Shown here piece by piece: positions 8,282-17,006 of a stretch of 64,000 bases of DNA. Each line of letters begins with the position of its first letter. Within the stretch, counting starts at the first letter, position 1. The DNA lies in the NCBI GenBank assembly GCA_003551665.1, contig PUNE01000107.1, forward strand, positions 4,374 to 68,373. Direction: 5' to 3'. The position numbers were made by a program, and so were the translations under genes. The notes under the pieces are model-generated. The model was not told the DNA's origin and ran no database searches. It saw only the letters and a program-made list of their open reading frames with translations. The DNA comes from Halobacteroidaceae bacterium (GTDB lineage: Bacteria; Bacillota; Halanaerobiia; B1SED10-174).

Positions 8282-9217
8282 ATGATTGTTACTGTTACCC
8301 TGAACCCCTCGGTGGACATTCGCTTCGAGGTAGATCAATTTGAACGGGGAGGAGTTTTTCGTGCCAGAGAATCCCAGCAGACTGCAGGGGGGAAGGGCCT
8401 GAATGTGGCCCGGGTTTTAAAACAACTTGGGGCACCGGTTATGGCTGCAGGGCTTCTGGGAGGGCAGAACGGCAATTTCATCCGGGATCAACTGGAAAAG
8501 GAAGGAATTGAACATCGTTTTGTGGACATTTCCGACCAGACCAGGACCTGTATTGCTATCCTGGAAAAGGATGTCCAGTCGGAAGTCCTGGGACCGGGCC
8601 CCCGGGTTAAGGAAAAAGAAGTGAAGGATTTTTTGGGAGTGTTTACCGGGTTAATCCGGGAAGCAGAAGTGGTCTGTATTTCGGGGAGTTTGCCCCGGGG
8701 AACTGGTCCCGGGATTTACAGGGAACTGGTAGAAACAGCAGGAGAAGCAGGTTGTCTGGTTTTGCTGGATACAAGTGGAGAACCCCTGGCCCGGGGGATA
8801 GAGGGCGGTCCCTACCTGGTTAAACCCAATCTTAAAGAAATGGAGGGTCTCCTGGGGAGAGAATTAAAGGAAGAAGGGGAGTTAATAGAGGGACTTAGAG
8901 AAGTTTCGGTCCGGGGAGCGCGAAATGTCTGCCTTTCCCTGGGAGAACGAGGAGCCCTGGTATGGGAAGCAGAAAGAGCCTACGAGATAAAGACTCCTTC
9001 AGTTCAGGCATTAAACCCCGTTGGTTCTGGAGACGCAATGTTGGCCGGCTGGGCGTGGAGCCTTTTTAAAGGAGAGGAGGTTGAAAAAGCCGCTGTTTTT
9101 GCTTCCGCCTGTGGAGTGTCCAATGCCATGGAAAAGAGAACTGGAACCATCAACCCTTCTCGGCTGGAAGAAATTGCAAGCAAGCTTAAACCAGTACCCA
9201 AAAGTTCTGTAGGGTAA
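8282..9217 (+). CDS. PfkB-family sugar-phosphate kinase (1-phosphofructokinase / tagatose-6-phosphate kinase type)
   Basis: N-terminal IVTVTLNPSVDI and C-terminal NPVGSGDAMLAG. 311 aa, starting 2 nt after the aldolase stop. Confidence 0.85.
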   Translation: MIVTVTLNPSVDIRFEVDQFERGGVFRARESQQTAGGKGLNVARVLKQLGAPVMAAGLLGGQNGNFIRDQLEKEGIEHRFVDISDQTRTCIAILEKDVQSEVLGPGPRVKEKEVKDFLGVFTGLIREAEVVCISGSLPRGTGPGIYRELVETAGEAGCLVLLDTSGEPLARGIEGGPYLVKPNLKEMEGLLGRELKEEGELIEGLREVSVRGARNVCLSLGERGALVWEAERAYEIKTPSVQALNPVGSGDAMLAGWAWSLFKGEEVEKAAVFASACGVSNAMEKRTGTINPSRLEEIASKLKPVPKSSVG

Positions 9218-9294
9218 TGAAGAGAAAGAAGGGGCTTGGTTAGCTCAGCAACAGGAAGCCTGGGTTAGGGGGAAATAAAACCTGCTGGAGAATT

Positions 9295-9322
9295 TTGACA
9301 TTTGTTTTGTTTCCGATATACT
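9295..9322 (+). promoter_or_regulatory. Sigma-70-type promoter upstream of the betaine-binding protein gene
   Basis: TTGACA (9295-9300), a 16-nt spacer, then TATACT (9317-9322). This leaves a leader of about 135 nt containing a perfect hairpin, CCCAGTAA/TTACTGGG. Confidence 0.4.
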
Positions 9323-9460
9323 TAATTGCAGAGTTTAAATAAGGTACCCGCAAGGAAAACCCAGTAAAATTACTGGGTAAATTATTTGTTGGGGCCAGCT
9401 GAAAAAACGGCCATTCCGGCCGGGTGATTACAACCAATCTCAGCAAGGAGGTAATTAAGT

Positions 9461-10381
9461 ATGAAGAAAGGGTTAATATTCTGGTCTGTCTTAATTCTCG
9501 TGGGAATGCTGATGGTTGTTCCAAACCAGGCTGTTCAGGCAGATGAAGTTGTCGTGGGTTCCAAGGAATTCACTGAACAGATCATCCTGGGACAGATAAC
9601 CCTGATGATTCTCGAAGAAAACGGAATTCCTGTCCGGGATGAAACAAATCTCGGGGGAACCCTGGTTCTCCGTGAAGCCCAGGAACTTGGTGAAGTTGAT
9701 ATTTGCTGGGAATACACGGGAACTGCATTGATTACTCACCTGGGTTATGCTGAGGCCATTACCGATCCCGAGGAATGTTACCAGGTTGTCAAGGAAGAGG
9801 ACTACGAAAGGTTTAACCTGGTTTGGTTGGATTACGCACCCCTTAACAATACTTATACTATAATGATGCGGGAAGATGACGCCAGGGAAAGGGGCATTGA
9901 AACCCTTAGCGACCTGGCCGAGGCCATAAATGAAGGAGTAGAAGCCCCTGAACCCGGTTCCTGGCAGTTTGCTGCCGATCACGAATATTCTATCCGGGAC
10001 GATGGTTACCCGGGATTAACCGAGCATTACGGTTTCCACTTTGACGGGGTGCAAATCATGGACCTGGGTATTACCTATGCTGCCCTCAGGGATGGCAATG
10101 TGGCCCTGGCCATGGGTTTTGCAACTGACGGCCGGATTGATGCCTTCGGCCTGATCAACCTTGTGGATGATAAGTATTACCATCCTGTTTACAATGCTGC
10201 CCCCGTTGTCCGGGAAGAAATCATGGAGCAGTATCCCGAGATTGAAGAAATTCTGGCTCCCGTAGCAGAGAAACTTGACGATGAGACCATGAGCGGAATG
10301 AACGCAATGGTAGATATTGAGGGTTATGAACCCGATGAAGTTGCCGAGATGTGGCTTCAGGAAGAAGGGTTGATTGATTAG
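9461..10381 (+). CDS. Secreted glycine betaine/choline-type ABC substrate-binding protein (OpuAC/OpuBC fold)
   Basis: Signal peptide (..VPNQAVQA), then VVVGSKEFTEQIILGQI..WEYTGTAL..YAPLNNTY, typical of PF04069-type binders. Good SD (AAGGAGG). Confidence 0.8.
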   Translation: MKKGLIFWSVLILVGMLMVVPNQAVQADEVVVGSKEFTEQIILGQITLMILEENGIPVRDETNLGGTLVLREAQELGEVDICWEYTGTALITHLGYAEAITDPEECYQVVKEEDYERFNLVWLDYAPLNNTYTIMMREDDARERGIETLSDLAEAINEGVEAPEPGSWQFAADHEYSIRDDGYPGLTEHYGFHFDGVQIMDLGITYAALRDGNVALAMGFATDGRIDAFGLINLVDDKYYHPVYNAAPVVREEIMEQYPEIEEILAPVAEKLDDETMSGMNAMVDIEGYEPDEVAEMWLQEEGLID

Positions 10382-10393
10382 AAGGGCAAAAAG

Positions 10394-10428
10394 CCCCGCT
10401 CCTCCGGGAATGGAGGAGCGGGGTTTTT
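10394..10428 (+). terminator. Rho-independent terminator after the binding-protein gene
   Basis: CCCCGCTCCTCC-GGGAAT-GGAGGAGCGGGG followed by TTTTT. Confidence 0.85.
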
Positions 10429-10543
10429 GTTTTTCCTGGAGGCAATATGGAAAAAACTACCCATTGGGGTGATTTACCTGCAGAAATTTACTGGTATAGT
10501 TAATATACAACCCGTTGGACGAATTCCGGGGGAGGAAAAAAGG

Positions 10544-10903
10544 TTGAAAGACAAAAAGAAACTACTGGGAATTGATGTCCGGCTTTTTTCTTTAATTGTT
10601 CCCCGGCTTATATTATCAGAAGAAAAGGGGGAAGACTTCCCGGCCATGCTGGAGGGGATGTTTTTTTCTCTGGACAGCTGTGATTTCTGGCCTGTTTTGG
10701 TTAAGCTTTCCTGGCATGGAGAAACCAGGGAGCCTGCAAACAGTCCTCCCTGCCAGGAGGTGGCATGGGGATCCAGCCCTGAAGTGGAAAAAAAGTTTCC
10801 CTTCCGTGCCTACCTGGGCCGGTTAGAACTGGAAAAACCAGAAATTAAACCAGATGGTATTTCGAGGCGCATGGTTATAAAGAAAATTAAAAAATATTAT
10901 TAG
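10544..10903 (+). CDS. Hypothetical protein (weakly supported)
   Basis: In-frame TTG with a GGGGAGG SD inside the track ORF 10427-10903. The ORF is bracketed by terminators at 10394-10428 and 10942-10978. No recognisable domain, and the composition is not clearly protein-like. Confidence 0.3.
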   Translation: MKDKKKLLGIDVRLFSLIVPRLILSEEKGEDFPAMLEGMFFSLDSCDFWPVLVKLSWHGETREPANSPPCQEVAWGSSPEVEKKFPFRAYLGRLELEKPEIKPDGISRRMVIKKIKKYY

Positions 10904-10941
10904 ATTACCCCCACAGGGTATTGTGGTCAGGGGACGAGGAG

Positions 10942-10978
10942 AAAACTCCAGCGTAAAAAGTGCTGGAGTTTTCTTATT
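10942..10978 (+). terminator. Rho-independent terminator
   Basis: AAAACTCCAGC-loop(9)-GCTGGAGTTTT followed by a T-rich tract. Confidence 0.7.
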
Positions 10979-11132
10979 CGGAAATAATAATTAGGGCAAA
11001 ATAGTTATTTGGACCTAGTTGAATATACTCCCAACGGCAGATGTCAGAGCTGGAAACTGAAGGTAAAATAAAAGCAGAATAAAGGTCGTAAAGTTCTTCC
11101 GGCCTGGAAAAAATGAAACAGGAGGAGATAAC

Positions 11133-12041
11133 ATGAAAGACTGGCTGTTGGAAGTAGAAGGACTCCGCAAGGAATACGGAGGGAAAACGGTTCTGAATGG
11201 TTTGGATTTCAGGGTTAAAAAGGGGGAGATATTTGGTTTGCTTGGACCCAATGGGGCAGGGAAGACAACCACCCTGGAATGCCTGGTGGGCCTTCGCAAA
11301 CCCGAGGGAGGAAAAATCAGGATAATGGGAGTAGATCCTCAAAAAAACCCAGCCCGATTGAAAGATCTGGTTGGAATTCAGCTGCAGGTATCCGCCCTGC
11401 CTGAAACCATCAGGGTCGAGGAAGCAGTAAATTTTTTCAACTTCTACCACGGGAGAGGAAAAGATGGTTCTGCACTGGAGAAGCTCAACCTGGGGGAAAA
11501 GAAAAACTCGAAGTACCAGCACCTTTCTACAGGCCAAAAAATGCGTCTTTCCCTGACCCTGGCTATGTTGCACCAGCCGCCTCTTTTAATTCTCGACGAG
11601 CCAACGGCAGGTCTTGACGTGGGTTCAAGGCGGTCATTGCATGGGATAATCCGGGAACTTAGGGATAGGGGAACCACCATTATCCTCTCCACCCATGATA
11701 TGGCTGAAGCAGAAACTCTTTCCGATAGGCTGGCGATTCTGGTCGGGGGAAAAATATTGATGACTGGATCTCCCCGGGAAATAACTTCCACCGGAAAAGG
11801 GTGGACCAAAATTCTGGTAAAAACACTGGGCACCAGCCTGGAAGGGAAAAAGTTTCCCGGGTTGTTGGAAAAGGAAGAAAAGGATGGTTACCGGGTGTTT
11901 TTCACCTCTCAGATCAGGGAGGCCTTGAATATGGTCCTGAAGGCTGTAGAGGCAGCGGGAGATGAATTCGTAGATTTAAGAGTAGAAAGACCAACCCTGG
12001 AAGAAAGATTCCTGGAGTTAACAGAAAAGGAGGTTGTTTAG
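11133..12041 (+). CDS. ABC transporter ATP-binding protein (ABC-2 exporter type)
   Basis: Walker A GPNGAGKTT, signature LSTGQKMRL, Walker B LLILDEPTAGLD, H-loop STHDM. AGGAGG SD. Confidence 0.92.
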   Translation: MKDWLLEVEGLRKEYGGKTVLNGLDFRVKKGEIFGLLGPNGAGKTTTLECLVGLRKPEGGKIRIMGVDPQKNPARLKDLVGIQLQVSALPETIRVEEAVNFFNFYHGRGKDGSALEKLNLGEKKNSKYQHLSTGQKMRLSLTLAMLHQPPLLILDEPTAGLDVGSRRSLHGIIRELRDRGTTIILSTHDMAEAETLSDRLAILVGGKILMTGSPREITSTGKGWTKILVKTLGTSLEGKKFPGLLEKEEKDGYRVFFTSQIREALNMVLKAVEAAGDEFVDLRVERPTLEERFLELTEKEVV

Positions 12042-12854
12042 ATGAAAGCGTTTTCCTATCACCTGCAGTTTGAATTTTTTACCGGGCTTCGTAACAAGGG
12101 GCTATTAATGATGTATTACCTGATGCCCCTGGGCTTTTATGCCTTTGTTGGAACTTTGATGGTAGAATTAAATCCCTTTTTCCGGGATATGGCAATACCT
12201 TCGATGGTGGTTTTTGCAATTTTAACAGGAACCATAATGGGCTTGCCCTCTCCTCTGGTAGAAGCAAGGGAAAAAGGGGTGCTCCGCAATTACCGGGTTC
12301 ACGGTGTTCCTGCAATAAACATTCTGGTAATTCCAGCAATTACCGCTGGTCTGCACCTGGCCATGGTTTCCCTGATAATTACAATAACAGCTCCCCTTAT
12401 TTTCTCCGCCCCGCTTCCCCTAAACTGGTTCTATTTCTGGCTCGGATCATTTTCTTTTCTCGTTGCGGGAACCGGCCTGGGCGTTTTGATTGGGGTTGTT
12501 GCTGCCAATAATCGGGTTTCTCTTCTCCTGGCCCAGATGTTATATATTCCCGCCATGCTCCTGGGGGGGCTGATGGTTCCCGTGGACCAGCTACCAGGTT
12601 TTGTCAGCTGGATTTCCAGGATCTTCCCCACTACCTATGCCATGGAAGCCATGCGGGCCCTGGGCTGGGGAGAGCCGGTCCTGGGAATATGGGCTCCGGG
12701 AGGCATGCTGGTGTTGTTTGCGGGGGGAATTCTGGCCTTTGCTCTTGGAGGGTACCTTTTTTCCTGGGATCAGAACAATGCTACCCGCCGTGCTCCGTCT
12801 TACCTTGCAGTTTTGGTTTTAATTCCATATATTATCGGGGCAATATATCTTTAA
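12042..12854 (+). CDS. ABC-2 type transporter permease
   Basis: 270 aa with about 6 hydrophobic helices. The start abuts the ATPase stop, suggesting translational coupling. Confidence 0.85.
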   Translation: MKAFSYHLQFEFFTGLRNKGLLMMYYLMPLGFYAFVGTLMVELNPFFRDMAIPSMVVFAILTGTIMGLPSPLVEAREKGVLRNYRVHGVPAINILVIPAITAGLHLAMVSLIITITAPLIFSAPLPLNWFYFWLGSFSFLVAGTGLGVLIGVVAANNRVSLLLAQMLYIPAMLLGGLMVPVDQLPGFVSWISRIFPTTYAMEAMRALGWGEPVLGIWAPGGMLVLFAGGILAFALGGYLFSWDQNNATRRAPSYLAVLVLIPYIIGAIYL

Positions 12855-12906
12855 ATAAAGGATTTCCCTTGTTCGGGCGGAAATATCAGGCAGGAGGGGA
12901 TTTGGG

Positions 12907-13557
12907 ATGGGAGAAAATATCCGGGTTTTAATTGTTGATGATCACCCCCTTTTCCGCCAGGGAGTTCGGCTTTACCTGGAAAACCAGGAGCAGCTCACCC
13001 TGGCGGGGGAGGCCGGTCATGGAGAAGAAGCGCTGGAAAAACTTGAGGAGAATAAGGTTGACGTGGTTCTCCTGGACCTGCAGATGCCACGAATGGATGG
13101 CCTGGAGACCCTCCAGAAGATTCGTGCGGATTGGCCGGAAGTTAAGGTTTTGGTCCTGACTTCCTTTGGTTCCTGGGACAGGGTTTATGATGCCCTGCAG
13201 AGGGGGGCCTCGGGTTATATAATGAAAGATGCTCCACCAAGAGAGTTGCTAGCGGCCATTAAAACGGTTTCTGCAGGTGGAGTTTGTTTTGGGAACGAAG
13301 TTGCCCGAGAACTGCTGGCTCGAGTTGACAGGGAAAAGCCTTCTCCGGAAAACGTTGAGCCCCTGACCCCGCGAGAAAAAGAAGTCCTTTCTCTTATGGT
13401 CAGGGGACTGGCCAACCGGGAAATATCAGAAGAACTGGTTGTGAGCGAAAAAACAATAAAAACCCACGTTGCCAATATATTGCATAAACTGGGGGTCAAG
13501 AGCAGAACCCAGGCGGCGCTTCTGGCGATGCGTGAGGGTATGGTGGGGAGGGATTAA
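12907..13557 (+). CDS. Response regulator, NarL/LuxR family
   Basis: REC domain (IRVLIVDDHPLF.., VVLLDLQMPRMDG) plus a LuxR HTH (LTPREKEVLSLMVRGLANREISEELVVSEKTIKTHVANIL). Confidence 0.92.
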   Translation: MGENIRVLIVDDHPLFRQGVRLYLENQEQLTLAGEAGHGEEALEKLEENKVDVVLLDLQMPRMDGLETLQKIRADWPEVKVLVLTSFGSWDRVYDALQRGASGYIMKDAPPRELLAAIKTVSAGGVCFGNEVARELLARVDREKPSPENVEPLTPREKEVLSLMVRGLANREISEELVVSEKTIKTHVANILHKLGVKSRTQAALLAMREGMVGRD

Positions 13558-14685
13558 ATGATGGAAGAGAACCTGCCCAGGCCTCCTTACCTGAAAATTT
13601 TCCTTATCAGTTCACCGGTTGGAGCAATTTTCGGGATTATTATTGTAACAGCTCTTTCTTTCTTCTGGGATACTACCTGGCCCCTTAACTACTACCTCCT
13701 TATCGTTCTCTTTCCGGCCCTGGTTTCGGGAGGCGGAGGAGTTTTGGGAAGTTTTCTGGAAGTAACCCTGCAGCAGAAGGGATGGGGAGACGAAGGGCTG
13801 CGGCGGGGAGTAGGGTTTTTAGTGGTTTCTTTACTGGGGCTTGTTCTGGGGTTAACAGTCCTTGCGATCTGGGGGCGGCCTTTAATGGACGAGGCCGTGT
13901 TCCGAAATGCTGTAATAATTGTTTTTGGAGGGATTTTTTTCGGGGGTGCCATTGCCCTTTTTGATTACAGAAGGTGGAAGGTTCGCCGCCGCATGATGGA
14001 ACTGGAAGTAGAAAATCGCTTTTTAGGCGAACTTGCTCACAGGGACCAGCTCCTGCAGGAAGCCACCCGCAACCTCATCGTGGCGGAAGAAAGAAACCGC
14101 ATGGCCAGAGAACTGCACGATTCAATTTCCCAGGGAGTTCACGGTATAGTTTATGGCATCCAGAGCCTGCGGGAACAGCCCGGGAATGTGGGGCAAAGAG
14201 AAAAGGAAATATTGGACCACCTTGAAGCAACTTCCGAGGCAACTCTCCAGGAGCTCCAGGAACTGATTGGAGAGCTAAAACCCTCACTACTTGAGGACCA
14301 GGGCCTGGAAGAAGCCCTCCGGCTCTACGGGGACCTGTTTGCCCGCAGGCAGGGGGTTGATTTAAAAATTGAAATTGATTATCGGGGAGGACTATCTCCC
14401 GAACAGGAAGTAGCTCTCTACCGGATTGTTCAGGAAGCCCTGTCCAATATTGGGCGTCATGCGAGAGCAAAGAGGGCGGAGTTGAGTTTAAGGAAAGAGG
14501 GAGGTGTTTTCCTCCTGGAAGTCAGTGATGACGGGAAGGGTTTTGCTCCTGAAACCGTTTCCAGGGGGCAGGGTTTGGACAATATGGCAACCCGGGCCCG
14601 CCAGGCAAACGGCTGGCTGGAGGTGAACAGCAGGCCAGGGGAGGGAACAACTGTAAAAGTTGAGTTAACCGGATATATTAAGTGA
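13558..14685 (+). CDS. Membrane sensor histidine kinase, HisKA_3 (NarL-partner) type
   Basis: Four N-terminal TM helices, H-box RNRMARELHDSISQ, and an HATPase_c domain (EVSDDGKGF, GQGLDNM). The start follows the response-regulator stop directly. Confidence 0.9.
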   Translation: MMEENLPRPPYLKIFLISSPVGAIFGIIIVTALSFFWDTTWPLNYYLLIVLFPALVSGGGGVLGSFLEVTLQQKGWGDEGLRRGVGFLVVSLLGLVLGLTVLAIWGRPLMDEAVFRNAVIIVFGGIFFGGAIALFDYRRWKVRRRMMELEVENRFLGELAHRDQLLQEATRNLIVAEERNRMARELHDSISQGVHGIVYGIQSLREQPGNVGQREKEILDHLEATSEATLQELQELIGELKPSLLEDQGLEEALRLYGDLFARRQGVDLKIEIDYRGGLSPEQEVALYRIVQEALSNIGRHARAKRAELSLRKEGGVFLLEVSDDGKGFAPETVSRGQGLDNMATRARQANGWLEVNSRPGEGTTVKVELTGYIK

Positions 14686-14823
14686 GGGAAGGAAGACTAA
14701 GGAGGGAAAGCCCTGTGTCCTTGTTCGGGGTTTTCCGGGGCTTAATTGGGCCCGGAACTGAAAGCCTTTTGGAAAAAACTTGAGGTAGGGTAGTTTGAAA
14801 AATAAAAAATAACCAAATCAAAA

Positions 14824-14849
14824 AAGGGCCACTGGGGCCCTTCCTTTTT
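14824..14849. terminator. Bidirectional terminator between convergent genes
   Basis: AAGGGCC-loop-GGCCCTT, flanked by an A-run upstream and a T-run downstream. Confidence 0.7.
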
Positions 14850-14886
14850 AAAAGTAATGTTTCCCCCGAAGGGTAAAGAAAAAAAT

Positions 14887-16032
14887 CTATGACGACCGAA
14901 ATAAACGCACTGCTTTAGCATGATGGTCGGAAGAAATCTGGTTTCTGCCCCCTTCTTTTGCCAGGTATAGCTGTTGATCTGCTCTTTTCACAAGGTCATC
15001 GGGTTCCTTATCTTCTGATCTGTAGCTTGATATTCCGAAACTGCATGATAAAGGGAGCTGAAAGGCTTTTCCCGTGGATGAAAAAGCCTCGGCCAGTCTT
15101 TTTGCCAGGTGATTGCCTTCAGGACCTGCCGTAGAAGGCATCAAAATAGCAAATTCATCTCCTCCCAGCCGAACCAGAAGGTCGCTCTCTCTTTTTATGG
15201 AATCCGCGATTCCGGCGATCATTTCCAGAGCCCGGTCTCCTAAAAGGTGCCCTCCACGATCGTTTATTTCTTTTAAGTTGTCAATGTCGAAAATTATCAT
15301 AGAAAAATCAGTATTGTATCGTTTTGCCGCGGAAAAAAGGCGGTTTATGGTGTCATTAAATTGTCTCCTGTTGGCAATTCCCGTCAGGGGATCTGTAACT
15401 GCCAGTTTTTCCAGGGCTTTATTTTGAAGGTAATCCTGGCGTTGAAGCAACCCGATTCGCATTGCCGTGTAAAGGCCGAACAGGTTCATAATTAAGAGGT
15501 AGAAAAAAACTGCCAGTGTCAGCAGGAGGGGAGTCTGATGGTGAAAAAAGGAAATGAGAATATACCCCAGGCCAAAAAATACAGAAATAGAAATTTTTCG
15601 ATTTAAGGGGTTGGGGAGGAAGTGGTATATGGAAAAAGTGATTAAAAAGGCAGAAAAGGAATGGAAAAAAAAGTTAAAGCTTTCCCCGTAAAGCAAGGTA
15701 ACCACAAGGAGAAAAGAACTTCCTGCTGCAAGGTAAAGAGAAATAAGATTGATAAAAAGGGATGCTTCTCTGGTTTTTTTCAGGAAAAAGAACAAGAACA
15801 TCGAGAATGAAAGAAACAGAAAACGCAAAAAAATGACGAGAAAAAGGGGTTTTCCTGGAGAAAGGTTAAAAAGGTCAAAAATGAAAAAAAGGAAAAAACA
15901 GATTCCAATATAGAGGAAAACGCGAGAAAACCCTGGTTCAGAAAAAATCAGGGAATTCTGGTAAAAATCTTTTTCCTTTTCTTTTCGAATAAATTCTCCC
16001 CTTTTATTCAACGCACTCCCCTTGGAATCCAT
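14887..16032 (-). CDS. Membrane-bound diguanylate cyclase (GGDEF)
   Basis: About 190 aa of polytopic N-terminal domain, then a GGDEF domain with an intact RLGGDEF and an RESD (RxxD) I-site 5 residues upstream. Confidence 0.88.
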   Translation of the reverse strand: MDSKGSALNKRGEFIRKEKEKDFYQNSLIFSEPGFSRVFLYIGICFFLFFIFDLFNLSPGKPLFLVIFLRFLFLSFSMFLFFFLKKTREASLFINLISLYLAAGSSFLLVVTLLYGESFNFFFHSFSAFLITFSIYHFLPNPLNRKISISVFFGLGYILISFFHHQTPLLLTLAVFFYLLIMNLFGLYTAMRIGLLQRQDYLQNKALEKLAVTDPLTGIANRRQFNDTINRLFSAAKRYNTDFSMIIFDIDNLKEINDRGGHLLGDRALEMIAGIADSIKRESDLLVRLGGDEFAILMPSTAGPEGNHLAKRLAEAFSSTGKAFQLPLSCSFGISSYRSEDKEPDDLVKRADQQLYLAKEGGRNQISSDHHAKAVRLFRSS

Positions 16033-16085
16033 TGTAGCCCCCCGTACAAAAAAAATTTATCCCGGTTTTTTCGGGAAATGGAAAA

Positions 16086-16823
16086 TTAAAGACTGCTGAT
16101 TTTGGAAATTAACTGTAGTTTGCTGTTTACTCCGCATTTCTCGAAGATATTCCCTAGGTGTTTTTTTACTGTATTTACAGATATGGATAATTCCGCAGCA
16201 ATGTGCTTGTTTGTTGAGCCGTGGGCAAGGAGTTCTACAATATCACATTCTCGCTGGGTGAAGCTGAAATTATCTGTCCAGACCCGGTATTTTTTCAAAC
16301 CGAAAAAGTTGGCCAGTTGAATGCCAAAGTGGGGAGAAACTTTTTTTAAAATAAATAAATCCCTGTTGCAGAAATCCAGTTCCTCTTCTGCCCGGATAAA
16401 GGTAAGGGTAGCAATCAGTTGATCGGGATAGTGGATATCGATTCCACAAAGATAGTAGAAGTTATTTGGCTTTAAAAATTCGGAGAAATACTCGGTATTT
16501 TCCCACTTGCTATAATCCATGACCTGGGTGCTCCTGATGGGAGAAGTCTGGTCAAAAGCGATTTCCCGGATATCATCGATTTTATAATAATAGGAGTTAT
16601 AGTTAGAAAATGTTCTTTCATCAATTCCCTGGGCATAATAATCGTTCTTAAGCTGTTGATGGGGCCTGTGGAAAAAAATGTGGGCCCAGTTAAAACGGAT
16701 TAACTGGCCCATTCCCTTTAAGAGGGTTGAGCTGTATTTTTTAATATTGGTCTCATCTCCAAGGAGGAGAAGCAGGTCATTTATTTCCAGCCATTCTTTG
16801 TTTGTGATGGTTGGGTTTGCCAT
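16086..16823 (-). CDS. LuxR-family transcriptional regulator with an unrecognised N-terminal sensor domain
   Basis: C-terminal HTH FTQRECDIVELLAHGSTNKHIAAELSISVNTVKKHLGNIF. I could not assign the N-terminal ~175 aa to any domain. Confidence 0.82.
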   Translation of the reverse strand: MANPTITNKEWLEINDLLLLLGDETNIKKYSSTLLKGMGQLIRFNWAHIFFHRPHQQLKNDYYAQGIDERTFSNYNSYYYKIDDIREIAFDQTSPIRSTQVMDYSKWENTEYFSEFLKPNNFYYLCGIDIHYPDQLIATLTFIRAEEELDFCNRDLFILKKVSPHFGIQLANFFGLKKYRVWTDNFSFTQRECDIVELLAHGSTNKHIAAELSISVNTVKKHLGNIFEKCGVNSKLQLISKISSL

Positions 16824-17006
16824 GGAAGTATTCCCCCTATTCCTTTTTTTAATTCGTTAAAGGCGGGATTATCCCTGCCTGAGAAGATAAAATTTTAAAA
16901 AGAGGGGGAGAAAAAAGGCGAGAATAGAATTAATACAAAAGAAAAGATAAAAACCAGGCGAAGTAACTGATAAACCAGGATATTGAAGAAACAGGGAGGG
17001 AAATAT

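Noticed and set aside
9323-9460. Possible c-di-AMP (ydaO/kimA-type) riboswitch in the leader of the betaine-binding protein gene. The leader contains GGTACCCGC, AACCCAG and GGGGCCAG strings, and osmolyte transporters are typical targets of this riboswitch.
   Set aside because: I could not line up the pseudo-two-fold conserved cores that I remember for that class. Without a covariance-model scan this is only a resemblance. I kept it as a check under the orphan-binding-protein finding.
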